DNA of 32,000 bases. It comes from Anaerolineae bacterium (GTDB taxonomy: Bacteria; Chloroflexota; Anaerolineae; B4-G1). Where the stretch lies: positions 1,851-33,850 of the forward strand of contig JBHIET010000034.1 in NCBI GenBank assembly GCA_046760785.1. The letters run 5' to 3'. The notes beneath the pieces were generated by a model that searched no databases, was not told the DNA's origin, and was given only the letters and a program-made list of their open reading frames with translations. Each line of letters starts with the position of its first letter. The stretch's first letter is position 1. Below are positions 25,159-32,000 of the stretch, in pieces. The translations under genes were made by a program, and so were the position numbers.

Positions 25159-26751
25159 TCAGATCGGCGCTGAACCCTTCGTATCGTCGCGGTAGTGGCA
25201 GCCACGGCTAAACCGATTGTGCTGCGCGGCCTCGGCGACGATGAGTGCCGCCTGCACACTATGGCGCAACCCAATCAGCGCGTCGTTCAACCTGGTGGTG
25301 CGATAGAAGTCATCTATGTCCTGATTCAGATGGTTCAGATCACGCAGGGCACGCGCCAGCCGCCTGGTCGAACGGACGAGACCGACGTAGTGCCACATCG
25401 TATGCTGGATGGTGCGCATATCACGCCAGATCAAGGCCGGGTCGGCATCCTCCTCCAATCCCTCCTCTTCCCAGGGTGGGACGTCGTCAGGGCCAACCAC
25501 AGGCAAGGAGGTACAGTCAGCAATGTTCCGTGCTGCACGGTCGCCCCAGACGAGGCCCTCCAGGAGCGACGTGCTGGCCAACCGATTCGCACCGTGAACG
25601 CCGGTGCAAGCGACCTCGCCGACAGCGTAGAGGTTTCGGACAGTCGTGTGCCCCCATTCGTCGGTCCAGACACCGCCGCAGAAATAGTGCGCGGCGGGAA
25701 CAACCGGGATGGGCTGGCGGGTGATATCCAGGCCGAGGCTCAGACAGCGAGCGTAGATAGTGGGAAAGCGCTCCCGGATACGCTCAGGGGGTAGGGCAGA
25801 GTGGATGTCCAGGAGAACGTGAGGATAACCGTGCTCTACCATCTCGTGATGGATGGCGCGGGCGACGACGTCACGAGGAGCCAGGTCCTTCCATTGGGGA
25901 GCATAGTCGGCCATAAAGGGGCGACCATCGGGTGTGAGCAACCGCCCCCCCTCACCCCGCACCGCCTCAGAGATTAGAAAGCCTCCTCCATCCGGCACGG
26001 CGAGGGCCGTGGGGTGAAATTGAACGTACTCGGCGTTGATGACGCGCGCCCCGGCCCGGTAGGCCATCGCCAGCCCATCGCCCCGGGCGCCCTCCGGGTT
26101 GGTGGTGTGGCGATAGATGCGACCCAGCCCGCCGGTGGCCAGAATGGTCGCTCCGGCCAAATAGCGGTGAACGGTACGCTGGGGCCGCTCGAAGACGTAA
26201 GCGCCGTAACAGGTGATAGGCTCGTAGATGGTCAGAGGGTCGTGGGCGTGGTGGGGAAACGTGATCAGGTCCACCCCGGTGGCGCCGGTGACGATGCGGA
26301 CGTTGGGCCGCTCGCGCAAGGCAGCGATGAGGGCCTGGATGATGGCCTGGCCGGTGGCGTCGCCGACGTGCAGGATGCGCGGGCGCGAGTGGGCCGCCTC
26401 CCGGCCGTAGACCGGTCGCCCGTCTGGCGTTTGGTCAAAGGAGACACCGGCGGTCTCTATGAGCACCTCACGGACCAGATCGGGGCCTTCCTCGGCGAGG
26501 ATGTGGGCAGCGGAAGGTAAGCTGAGGCCGGCACCGGCGGCCAGGATGTCCTCGACGATCAGGTCGGTGCTATCCTCCTCACCCAGGGTGACGATGCCTC
26601 CCTGGGCGTAGCGGGTGTTGCTTTCCTCCGGCTCGGCGGCGCGGGTGATGACGGTGATCTGCCGCTGGGTGTCCTGCGCCAGCCGGAGCGCTGCCGACGC
26701 GCCGGCAATGCCGCAGCCGATGATCAGAACGTCGGTCTGGTGGGGGCTCAC
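25159..26751 (-). CDS. nadB: L-aspartate oxidase
   Basis: Same frame as ORF 25159..27198. Start moved to GTG 26751, which overlaps the nadA stop (GTGA). [19 protein letters not shown] (FAD fold), [43 protein letters not shown]. The longer extension in the track merely reads through the nadA repeat. Confidence 0.9.
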   Translation of the reverse strand: MSPHQTDVLIIGCGIAGASAALRLAQDTQRQITVITRAAEPEESNTRYAQGGIVTLGEEDSTDLIVEDILAAGAGLSLPSAAHILAEEGPDLVREVLIETAGVSFDQTPDGRPVYGREAAHSRPRILHVGDATGQAIIQALIAALRERPNVRIVTGATGVDLITFPHHAHDPLTIYEPITCYGAYVFERPQRTVHRYLAGATILATGGLGRIYRHTTNPEGARGDGLAMAYRAGARVINAEYVQFHPTALAVPDGGGFLISEAVRGEGGRLLTPDGRPFMADYAPQWKDLAPRDVVARAIHHEMVEHGYPHVLLDIHSALPPERIRERFPTIYARCLSLGLDITRQPIPVVPAAHYFCGGVWTDEWGHTTVRNLYAVGEVACTGVHGANRLASTSLLEGLVWGDRAARNIADCTSLPVVGPDDVPPWEEEGLEEDADPALIWRDMRTIQHTMWHYVGLVRSTRRLARALRDLNHLNQDIDDFYRTTRLNDALIGLRHSVQAALIVAEAAQHNRFSRGCHYRDDTKGSAPI

Positions 26752-28808
26752 GAGCCGATCTCCAGCATGCGCTCCAACGCCACTCGCGCGTAGCGGGCCA
26801 CCTCGTCTGGAACGGTGACCCGATTGATGACCTCGCCCCGGACAAGTCCCTCCAGCACGCGGGCCAGCTTTTCCGGCGTGATGAGGTTCATCGTCCGGCA
26901 ATAGCTCGGCTGAGGGGAAGCCGAAGGGCTGCGCCCTGAGCTTGTCGAAGGGCCGCGCCCTGAGCTTGTCGAAGGGCTGCGCCCTGAGCTTGTCGAAGGG
27001 CCGCGCCCTGAGCTTGTCGAAGGGCCTAGCCGAAGGGAGACGATGTGTTGTTCCGGGTGCTCGTTCGCCAACCGGTTGACCAGGTTGAATTCGGTGCCGA
27101 TGGCCCACCTGGTTCCCGGCGGGGATTCCTCCACGCGGCGCACGATGTAAGCAGTGGAGCCGGCCTCGTCGGCCAGGTCCACGACCTCCATCGGGCACTC
27201 GGGATGAACGATCACCCGGATGTCCGGCTCTCGCTCACGCCAGGCCGTCACATCCTCCGGGTGGAAGCGCTGGTGGACGGCGCACCAGCCCCGCCAGAGG
27301 AAGATTCTAGCTCGCCGCAGAGCCTCGGCATCGTGGCCGCCGAAGGGAAGGCTCGGATTCCACAGGAGCATCTCCCCCGGCGGAATCCCCATCCGCTTGG
27401 CCGTGTTGCGGCCCAGGTGCTGATCGGGGAAGAAGAGAACACGAGGCTGCTGCTCAAGCGCCCATGAGAGAATCGCCTGTGCGCTGGACGAGGTGCAGAC
27501 CAGTCCACCGTGCTGCCCACAGAAGGCTTTCAGATCGGCAGTCGAGTTCATATAGGTCACCGGCGTAACCTCACTCTCGACGTCCATTACTTCACCCAGT
27601 TGCGCCCACGCCCGCTCCACGTCCGCCAAGTCGGCCATAGCCGCCAGGGGGCAGCCGGCCTCCAGATCAGGTGTGAGCACGGTCTGGCCGGGTTGAGCCA
27701 GGATAGCAGCAGTCTCGGCCATAAAGTGCACGCCGCAGAAGACGATGTACTTGGCCTCAGGGCAACTGGCTCCGTCACGGGCCAACTTGAACGAGTCGCC
27801 TCGGAAGTCGGCGAATTGGATGACCTCGTCTCGCTGGTAGTGGTGGCCGAGGATGACCAGTTGGTCGTCCATCTCCGCTTTCAAAGTCGAGATTCGTGAT
27901 TCGAGGTTCGTAGTTCGTGTTGCGTGTCCCGTGTTGCGTGTTCCGTGTTGCGTACCGCGTGTTGTGTGGTTTGGGGTTGCGATCTTCATACTCAGGTCGA
28001 GCGCTGGCGCGGAGTGGGTCAGCGCCCCGACTGAGATGTAGTCCACGCCGGTGGCGGCGATGGCGGCGACGCGCTCCAGATTGACGTTGCCGGAGGCCTC
28101 CAGCGGCACCCGTCCGGCGGCCAATCGCACCGCTTCCTGCATCTCGTCCAGGTTCATATTATCCAACATAATGCGATCCACGTCCAGCAGCAGCACCTCG
28201 CGCAGCTCGTCCAGATTCCTGACCTCGACCTCGACAGGTAGGTCAGGATGGGCAGCGCGGGCCTGCTCGACGGCTCCGGTGATCGAACCGGCAGCGTCAA
28301 TGTGATTATCCTTGACTAGCATCATATCGTATAGGCTCATACGGTGGTTCCGCCCGCCCCCCATCCGCACGGCGTACTTCTCCAACACGCGGTAGCCGGG
28401 ATGGGTCTTGCGGGTGTCCAGGATGGTAGCCTGGGTGCCGGCGACCGCGTCCACGAAAGCGCGGGTGAACGTGGCGATGCCGGAGAGATGCTGCAGGAAG
28501 TTGAGCGCGATCCGCTCTGCCGCCAGCATCTCCTGCCCCGGGCCGATCACCTCAGCCACCAAGTCGCCCGGCCTGACCCGGGTTCCATCTTGGATGTGGG
28601 CGGTGAAGCACGAGCCAGGGCTCACACGAGAGAAGACCACCTCGGCAACGGGCAACCCGGCGATGATCCCCTCCTTCTTGGCGACGATGCGCCCGTGGAG
28701 CGTCAGGTTGGCCGGCAACACCGCCGCGGAGGTCATGTCACCCGGCCCGATGTCCTCTGCGATGGCCAGTTCGATGAGTGGCTGAGCAGCGCCGAGAATG
28801 TCATCCAT
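26748..28808 (-). CDS. nadC-nadA: fused nicotinate-nucleotide pyrophosphorylase (NadC) / quinolinate synthase (NadA)
   Basis: One 686-codon ORF. aa 1-~276 are NadC ([38 protein letters not shown], ends ALDLSMKI). A 36-aa linker follows. Then comes a B. subtilis-type NadA ([57 protein letters not shown]). The ATG overlaps the nadE stop by 8 nt. Confidence 0.85.
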   Translation of the reverse strand: MDDILGAAQPLIELAIAEDIGPGDMTSAAVLPANLTLHGRIVAKKEGIIAGLPVAEVVFSRVSPGSCFTAHIQDGTRVRPGDLVAEVIGPGQEMLAAERIALNFLQHLSGIATFTRAFVDAVAGTQATILDTRKTHPGYRVLEKYAVRMGGGRNHRMSLYDMMLVKDNHIDAAGSITGAVEQARAAHPDLPVEVEVRNLDELREVLLLDVDRIMLDNMNLDEMQEAVRLAAGRVPLEASGNVNLERVAAIAATGVDYISVGALTHSAPALDLSMKIATPNHTTRGTQHGTRNTGHATRTTNLESRISTLKAEMDDQLVILGHHYQRDEVIQFADFRGDSFKLARDGASCPEAKYIVFCGVHFMAETAAILAQPGQTVLTPDLEAGCPLAAMADLADVERAWAQLGEVMDVESEVTPVTYMNSTADLKAFCGQHGGLVCTSSSAQAILSWALEQQPRVLFFPDQHLGRNTAKRMGIPPGEMLLWNPSLPFGGHDAEALRRARIFLWRGWCAVHQRFHPEDVTAWREREPDIRVIVHPECPMEVVDLADEAGSTAYIVRRVEESPPGTRWAIGTEFNLVNRLANEHPEQHIVSLRLGPSTSSGRGPSTSSGRSPSTSSGRGPSTSSGRSPSASPQPSYCRTMNLITPEKLARVLEGLVRGEVINRVTVPDEVARYARVALERMLEIGS
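26914..27040. repeat. 24-bp tandem repeat x4 (plus partial flanking units) inside nadA
   Basis: Units gcgccctgagcttgtcgaagggc[c/t] at 26931-54, 26955-78, 26979-27002 and 27003-26, flanked by gccgaaggg on both sides. In the nadA frame it encodes (G/S)PSTSSGR x4. Confidence 0.9.
27891..27972. repeat. short-period repeats (TTCGTRR x4, then CGTGTTGCGTG-type x3-4) forming the NadC-NadA linker
   Basis: gattcgtgattcgaggttcgtagttcgtgttgcgtgtcccgtgttgcgtgttccgtgttgcgtaccgcgtgttgtgtgg. Same motif family as 11876-11929. Confidence 0.75.
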
Positions 28809-29538
28809 TTGCTTTCACCTGAAACACGGGTGGCATGGCACGTTTGTGGGTAGAGCCGGCCATCATGCCCCGCACCTTCTCCAGCGTGGCCGGTGCGATA
28901 CCGGAAGTGTCCCCCGCAGCAATGGCCGCCAGCACCTGGTCCAGTTCGCGGTAGGTGATGCCCATCTCTCCCTCGTCGGTCTGACCGGGCCACAGGCCTG
29001 CTGAGGGCGCTCGCTCGACGACCTCTGGCGGCACGCCCAGTTCGCGGGCCAGTTCCCATACCTGGGTCTTGTTGAGATCACCCAGGGGCAAGAGATCCAC
29101 ACCGCCGTCGCCGAACTTGGTGAAATAGCCAACTTCAATTTCCGTCTTGTTGCCGGAGCCCAGCACCAGGTAGTTGCGGGATTGGGCCAGGTAGTAGAGG
29201 GTGATCATCCGCAGGCGGGGCTTGATATTGGCGGCGGCCAGGGGCTGGTCCGAAGGCGGCAGGACAGCCGTCAGCGCGTCGTAAGCGCTGCTCAGGTCCA
29301 CCGTGACAGTGGAGAGGCCAAGTGTATCGGCGACGAGTTGTCCCAGCGCAGTGTCCTCCGACACGGAGTGACAGGGCATCAGCGCGGCCAGGACGCGCTC
29401 GGGGCCGACGGCATGCACCGCCAGCGCAGCAGAGGTGGCCGAATCCACCCCGCCGCTGAGACCGACGACAAAACCGTCGGCGTTGGCAGCGGCGAGTCGT
29501 TCGCGAAGCCAGGCAGCGATTTGATCGGGAAGGGACAT
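28801..29538 (-). CDS. nadE: NH3-dependent NAD+ synthetase
   Basis: Same frame as ORF 28801..29649. Start moved to ATG 29538 (AAGGAGA 5 nt upstream). GLSGGVDSA PP-loop, IKPRLRMITLYYLA, GSGNKTEIEVGYFTKFGDGG. Confidence 0.9.
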   Translation of the reverse strand: MSLPDQIAAWLRERLAAANADGFVVGLSGGVDSATSAALAVHAVGPERVLAALMPCHSVSEDTALGQLVADTLGLSTVTVDLSSAYDALTAVLPPSDQPLAAANIKPRLRMITLYYLAQSRNYLVLGSGNKTEIEVGYFTKFGDGGVDLLPLGDLNKTQVWELARELGVPPEVVERAPSAGLWPGQTDEGEMGITYRELDQVLAAIAAGDTSGIAPATLEKVRGMMAGSTHKRAMPPVFQVKANG

Positions 29539-29617
29539 AGATGTCTCCTTGTTTCGGTTTTCAGGTTCCAAGTTTCGGGTCGAACTGAAGCCCGCCATTT
29601 GAAACCTGAAACAGAGT

Positions 29618-30313
29618 TTACGTGAGGTGACCGACGACCTCAATGCCATTCAGAGCCATATGATACAGGAAAACGCTGTGCAGCAGGTCACCGTCGTGGG
29701 GAAGGATGCCCAGTTCCGCCGCCGTCTCCACGGGCATGTCGTAAGTCTGCACGCAGTCGGCGGAGACGATGACGCGAGTGTCTTGCAGCCCTAGGACGTT
29801 GGCCCTCAGGCGCAGGTACATCGCCGCCTGATAGACGCAAATGTCCGTACAATCACCGATGACGACGAATGTGGTGACCTCCGGGTGGTCCTCCAGCCAA
29901 GGAGCCAGGTCGGTGCCGATATCGCAACTGATGGAGTTCTTGGGGATGACAACAAAGAGATCGGAGAAGGGTAGAGCCTTCAATTCGTCAACCGTCTCGC
30001 TTTCCGACGTACCGGCTACAGCATGGCGAGGGAAGGCAGAAAACTCGATGGCATTGGAGGCATGGGTGTCCTGGGGCAGCAGAAAATGACAAACTCCCAG
30101 GTCGTGGGCGCGCTGGAAAAGGCGCACCGCGGCAGGGATGACGCCTGCCACACGGGGGCTGGCCAGCGGCCCCTCGCAGCAGAAACCGTTCGTCAGGTCC
30201 ACCGCGACCACCGCCACCTGCGCAGGATCGGAGACGATTTCCTCCAGGTTCATCTCTGGCAACTGCCCCTCCCACCGTGCCAACCAATCGAGGAAAGGTT
30301 TGCTCTCAGCCAT
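29618..30313 (-). CDS. pncA: nicotinamidase / isochorismatase-family cysteine hydrolase
   Basis: 231 aa. AVDLTNGF (Asp), QDTHASNAIEF...FPRHAVAGT (metal site pattern D-x-H...H), PKNS (Lys), GDCTDICV (Cys). GGAGGTG lies 5 nt upstream of the ATG. Confidence 0.75.
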   Translation of the reverse strand: MAESKPFLDWLARWEGQLPEMNLEEIVSDPAQVAVVAVDLTNGFCCEGPLASPRVAGVIPAAVRLFQRAHDLGVCHFLLPQDTHASNAIEFSAFPRHAVAGTSESETVDELKALPFSDLFVVIPKNSISCDIGTDLAPWLEDHPEVTTFVVIGDCTDICVYQAAMYLRLRANVLGLQDTRVIVSADCVQTYDMPVETAAELGILPHDGDLLHSVFLYHMALNGIEVVGHLT

Positions 30314-30328
30314 TTTTCACCTCCAAAA

Positions 30329-30349
30329 TTGGTGTAAAACATACACTAA
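30329..30349. promoter_or_regulatory. candidate NrtR operator 1 (TTGGTGT-N7-ACACTAA)
   Basis: 21-bp palindrome with one arm mismatch, located between the predicted TSS and the pncA RBS. Confidence 0.5.
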
Positions 30350-30374
30350 CTTCCGATAAAAAAGAAGAAGATAG

Positions 30375-30395
30375 TTAGTGTGTACCATACACTAA
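30375..30395. promoter_or_regulatory. candidate NrtR operator 2 (TTAGTGT-N7-ACACTAA)
   Basis: Perfect 7-bp arms. Overlaps the -10 box and the predicted TSS of the NAD operon promoter. Confidence 0.55.
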
Positions 30396-30422
30396 TATAA
30401 CTCTGAAAGCGGGATTTGTCAA
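30394..30422 (-). promoter_or_regulatory. NAD operon promoter (TTGACA-17 nt-TATATT)
   Basis: On the minus strand: TTGACA (30422-30417, overlapping the nrtR stop), 17-nt spacer, TATATT (30399-30394). Confidence 0.6.
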
Positions 30423-31096
30423 GGGAACAAGCGTCGGGCCTTTACCTCTGCCACGGCGTCATCGCGGAAGTGGTACAGTTTGGCCGGGCGGCCCTCCCCG
30501 GTACGGTACCCACCGGCCTCCTCGATGACTCCTGCGCTGAGAATCTTACGGCGGAAGTTGCGCTTGTCCAGTTCCTCCCCCAGGATGATCTCGTAGGCGA
30601 CCTGTAGCTCGCTCAGGGTGAAGGCTTCCGGCAGGAGTTCGAAGCCCACGGCGGTGTACTCCAGTTTGTAACGCAGCCGCTGCAAGGCGTAGGCCAGGAT
30701 GTCGGCGTGATCGAAGGCTAATGGGGGCAGGTCATATACAGACCACCAGCGGGCCTCGGCAGCATCATCTCCGGCGTGGGGATGGATTGCGGTAGCGGGA
30801 ACCAAGGCGAAGTAGACCACCGTGATGACACGGCCCCGGGGGTCACGGCCCGGATCGCCGAAGGTGTAAAGCTGTTCCAGGTAGACATCCCGGACGCCGG
30901 TCTCCTCCTCGAGTTCGCGCAGCGCCGCTTCCTCCAGCGACTCATCAATGTCCACAAAGCCACCAGGAATGGCCCACATGCCCTCGAAAGGCGGATGCTT
31001 GCGCTTGATGAGCAGCACGTGGAGAGCATTTTCGCGCAAAGTGAAGATAATGACATCCACAGTGACAGATGGATGTGGGTAGTCTTTCAGTGACAT
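30419..31096 (-). CDS. nrtR: Nudix-related transcriptional regulator of NAD metabolism (NrtR family)
   Basis: Same frame as ORF 30419..31102 (ATG 31096 with GGAG 8 nt upstream; GTG 31102 is the alternative). N-terminal Nudix domain with an intact box GGFVDIDESLEEAALRELEEETGV. C-terminal winged-helix part FTLSELQVAYEIILGEELDKRNFRRKIL...GEGRPAKLYHF. Confidence 0.85.
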   Translation of the reverse strand: MSLKDYPHPSVTVDVIIFTLRENALHVLLIKRKHPPFEGMWAIPGGFVDIDESLEEAALRELEEETGVRDVYLEQLYTFGDPGRDPRGRVITVVYFALVPATAIHPHAGDDAAEARWWSVYDLPPLAFDHADILAYALQRLRYKLEYTAVGFELLPEAFTLSELQVAYEIILGEELDKRNFRRKILSAGVIEEAGGYRTGEGRPAKLYHFRDDAVAEVKARRLFP

Positions 31097-31282
31097 TGCC
31101 ACTGCTCCGTTGGAGGCGGCTGATCGAAACCCAATTCACCGACCCACGAGACTGATCGGGTGTGAACTCAGGCGCCGCGCGGGTTTGCAGGATGCCCTTC
31201 ACTACAGAATGCCCTGCAAAACCAAAACAAGTCGCGAATTGGACGCCCGGTCGGGTAGCCAGGGGGCATTGCTGCCCCCCAG

Positions 31283-31415
31283 GTAGCGACAGGTAGGGCT
31301 TTACAGCCTTTCCCCCGCTCCAAACCGTGCGTGCGGCTTTCACCGCCCACGGCTTTCCAGTTGGGTCTGCGTACTTTGCAAGGGTGGACGGGTAGTTACC
31401 TACCGAGGGGCGCAC
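31283..31415 (-). mobile_element. group II intron remnant (GUGCG 5' motif, domain V, domain VI-like hairpin; no IEP ORF)
   Basis: On the minus strand: GTGCGCCCC at 31415. Domain V at 31355-31322 reads AAGCCGUGGGCGGUGAAAGCCGCACGCACGGUUU, with the AGC triad, a GAAA tetraloop and a 2-nt AC bulge. Next comes a hairpin GAGCGGGGGAAAGGCUGUAAAGCCCUACCUGUCGCUAC with a GUAA loop and a bulged A (31294). Confidence 0.5.
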
Positions 31416-31990
31416 CAGCTAAGTGTCTCCACCGCCGTCATCTGCTTTCCCCTCTCGATCCATTATCTTGCATTTCCTTAGTACAGCAAGGCATAGATTC
31501 GTTCCGAGTTTCCCGTTCGCCACGCCGCCCGGAGCTGAACCGCTCGGCTGAGCTCGCGACGAAGCCTCCGGGCTGAAAGAGCAAAGCCCTACGGGCTAGA
31601 GCGGCCCTGATTCAGCCCCGAAGGGGCTTCGTTCTTTCAGCGCGGGGTCTTCAGCCCCGCGCTGGCACCGGACAAATTGGGAACGAACTTGTGGAAGGCT
31701 GTACTTAGACTTACCCTAGCGGTCCTTCACCCTGTCCCGTCCATTGCAGACGGGCCTTTGGCTACTACGCCGCCTCCGTCCTCTCTTCTGCGTGACGTTT
31801 ATCGCAGATTTCTGTTCGTCAGCATAGGCCACAGGGTTAGCCCGGTCGTCCGATTTGTGGCTATCAGAAGCCGGTACATTGTCTGGAGGCTTCATACAGA
31901 AATACCACGACTATGAACTTGCCTGTGGCAATTCGGGTGTAGTTTGGGTGTTGCTGCCTGCCGCTATCCTCAGACAGTCCGCCCCACGTT
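31416..31990 (-). other. ORF-free, hairpin-dense GC-rich region (structured RNA or REP-like cluster)
   Basis: No credible ORF on either strand. Perfect stems at 31528-34/31566-72, 31572-80/31633-41, 31585-97, 31614-28, 31638-47/31655-64 and 31736-54. One minus-strand loop can be drawn as C(UUCG)G. Confidence 0.4.
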
Positions 31991-32000
31991 GCCATTTTGG

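Noticed and set aside
26931-27026. The 24-bp x4 direct repeat considered as a CRISPR array.
   Set aside because: The units are contiguous with no spacers. The array lies inside the nadA reading frame, and no cas genes or leader are nearby. It is a tandem REP-like repeat.
25159-27198. ORF-track N-terminal extensions taken at face value: nadB 679 aa, pncB from 24694, kptA from 25274, nadE from 29649, ATPase from 18771, SBP from 3045, peptidase from 20492, permease from 11052.
   Set aside because: The extensions overlap the upstream gene, read through repeats (PFDKLRA...), or lack similarity to the family. Internal starts with SD boxes or stop/start overlaps (GTGA, ATGA) fit better.
31103-32000. 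Right-end non-coding region considered as RNase P RNA, tmRNA or an rRNA fragment. ORFs 31331..31576, 31677..31916 (+) and 30945..31415, 31168..31350 (-) were considered as genes.
   Set aside because: I could not find GGAAAGUCCGGGC/ACAGAAxCCGGCUUA-type RNase P boxes, a tRNA-like acceptor with a tag ORF, or rRNA-like stretches. The ORFs lack RBSs and cut across perfect hairpins.

Overview
GC-rich bacterial chromosomal window. The repeat families and gene content suggest Chloroflexota, but that is a guess without a database search.

Layout, left to right:
1. A secreted ExeM/NucH-type nuclease gene that runs off the left edge and is absent from the ORF track.
2. Three Dpp/Opp-type (family 5) ABC importer loci. 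Locus 1 (3135-10007, +) has a permease with an SH3b-like periplasmic insertion and an extra ConA-like secreted protein between the two permease genes. Locus 2 (13519-10096, -) has no ATPase genes. Locus 3 (14038-19841, +) is complete.
3. A small membrane-anchored hypothetical gene followed by a frameshifted AstE/AspA-type metallopeptidase gene.
4. An orphan coiled-coil plus PD-(D/E)XK-like gene, bracketed by copies of a GC-hairpin element.
5. A co-directional NAD block on the minus strand (31096-22970): nrtR, then pncA-nadE-nadC::nadA fusion-nadB-kptA(Tpt1)-pncB. It has a consensus-like promoter overlapped by two 21-bp palindromes, which are candidate NrtR operators.
6. An ORF-free, hairpin-dense 0.9 kb region at the right end that contains a near-canonical group II intron domain V/VI.

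Most notable observations:
- An NAD-consuming RNA 2'-phosphotransferase gene is embedded in the NAD operon.
- REP-like repeats are inserted in frame into nadA (next to its third Fe-S cysteine) and pncB, and another repeat forms the NadC-NadA linker.
- Two otherwise diverged SBP genes share a duplicated promoter, leader and signal-peptide module that carries a perfect anti-16S box.
- An intron remnant lies directly upstream of nrtR.

No rRNA, tRNA or CRISPR array was recognised. All homology calls come from reading the translations by eye; no searches were run.
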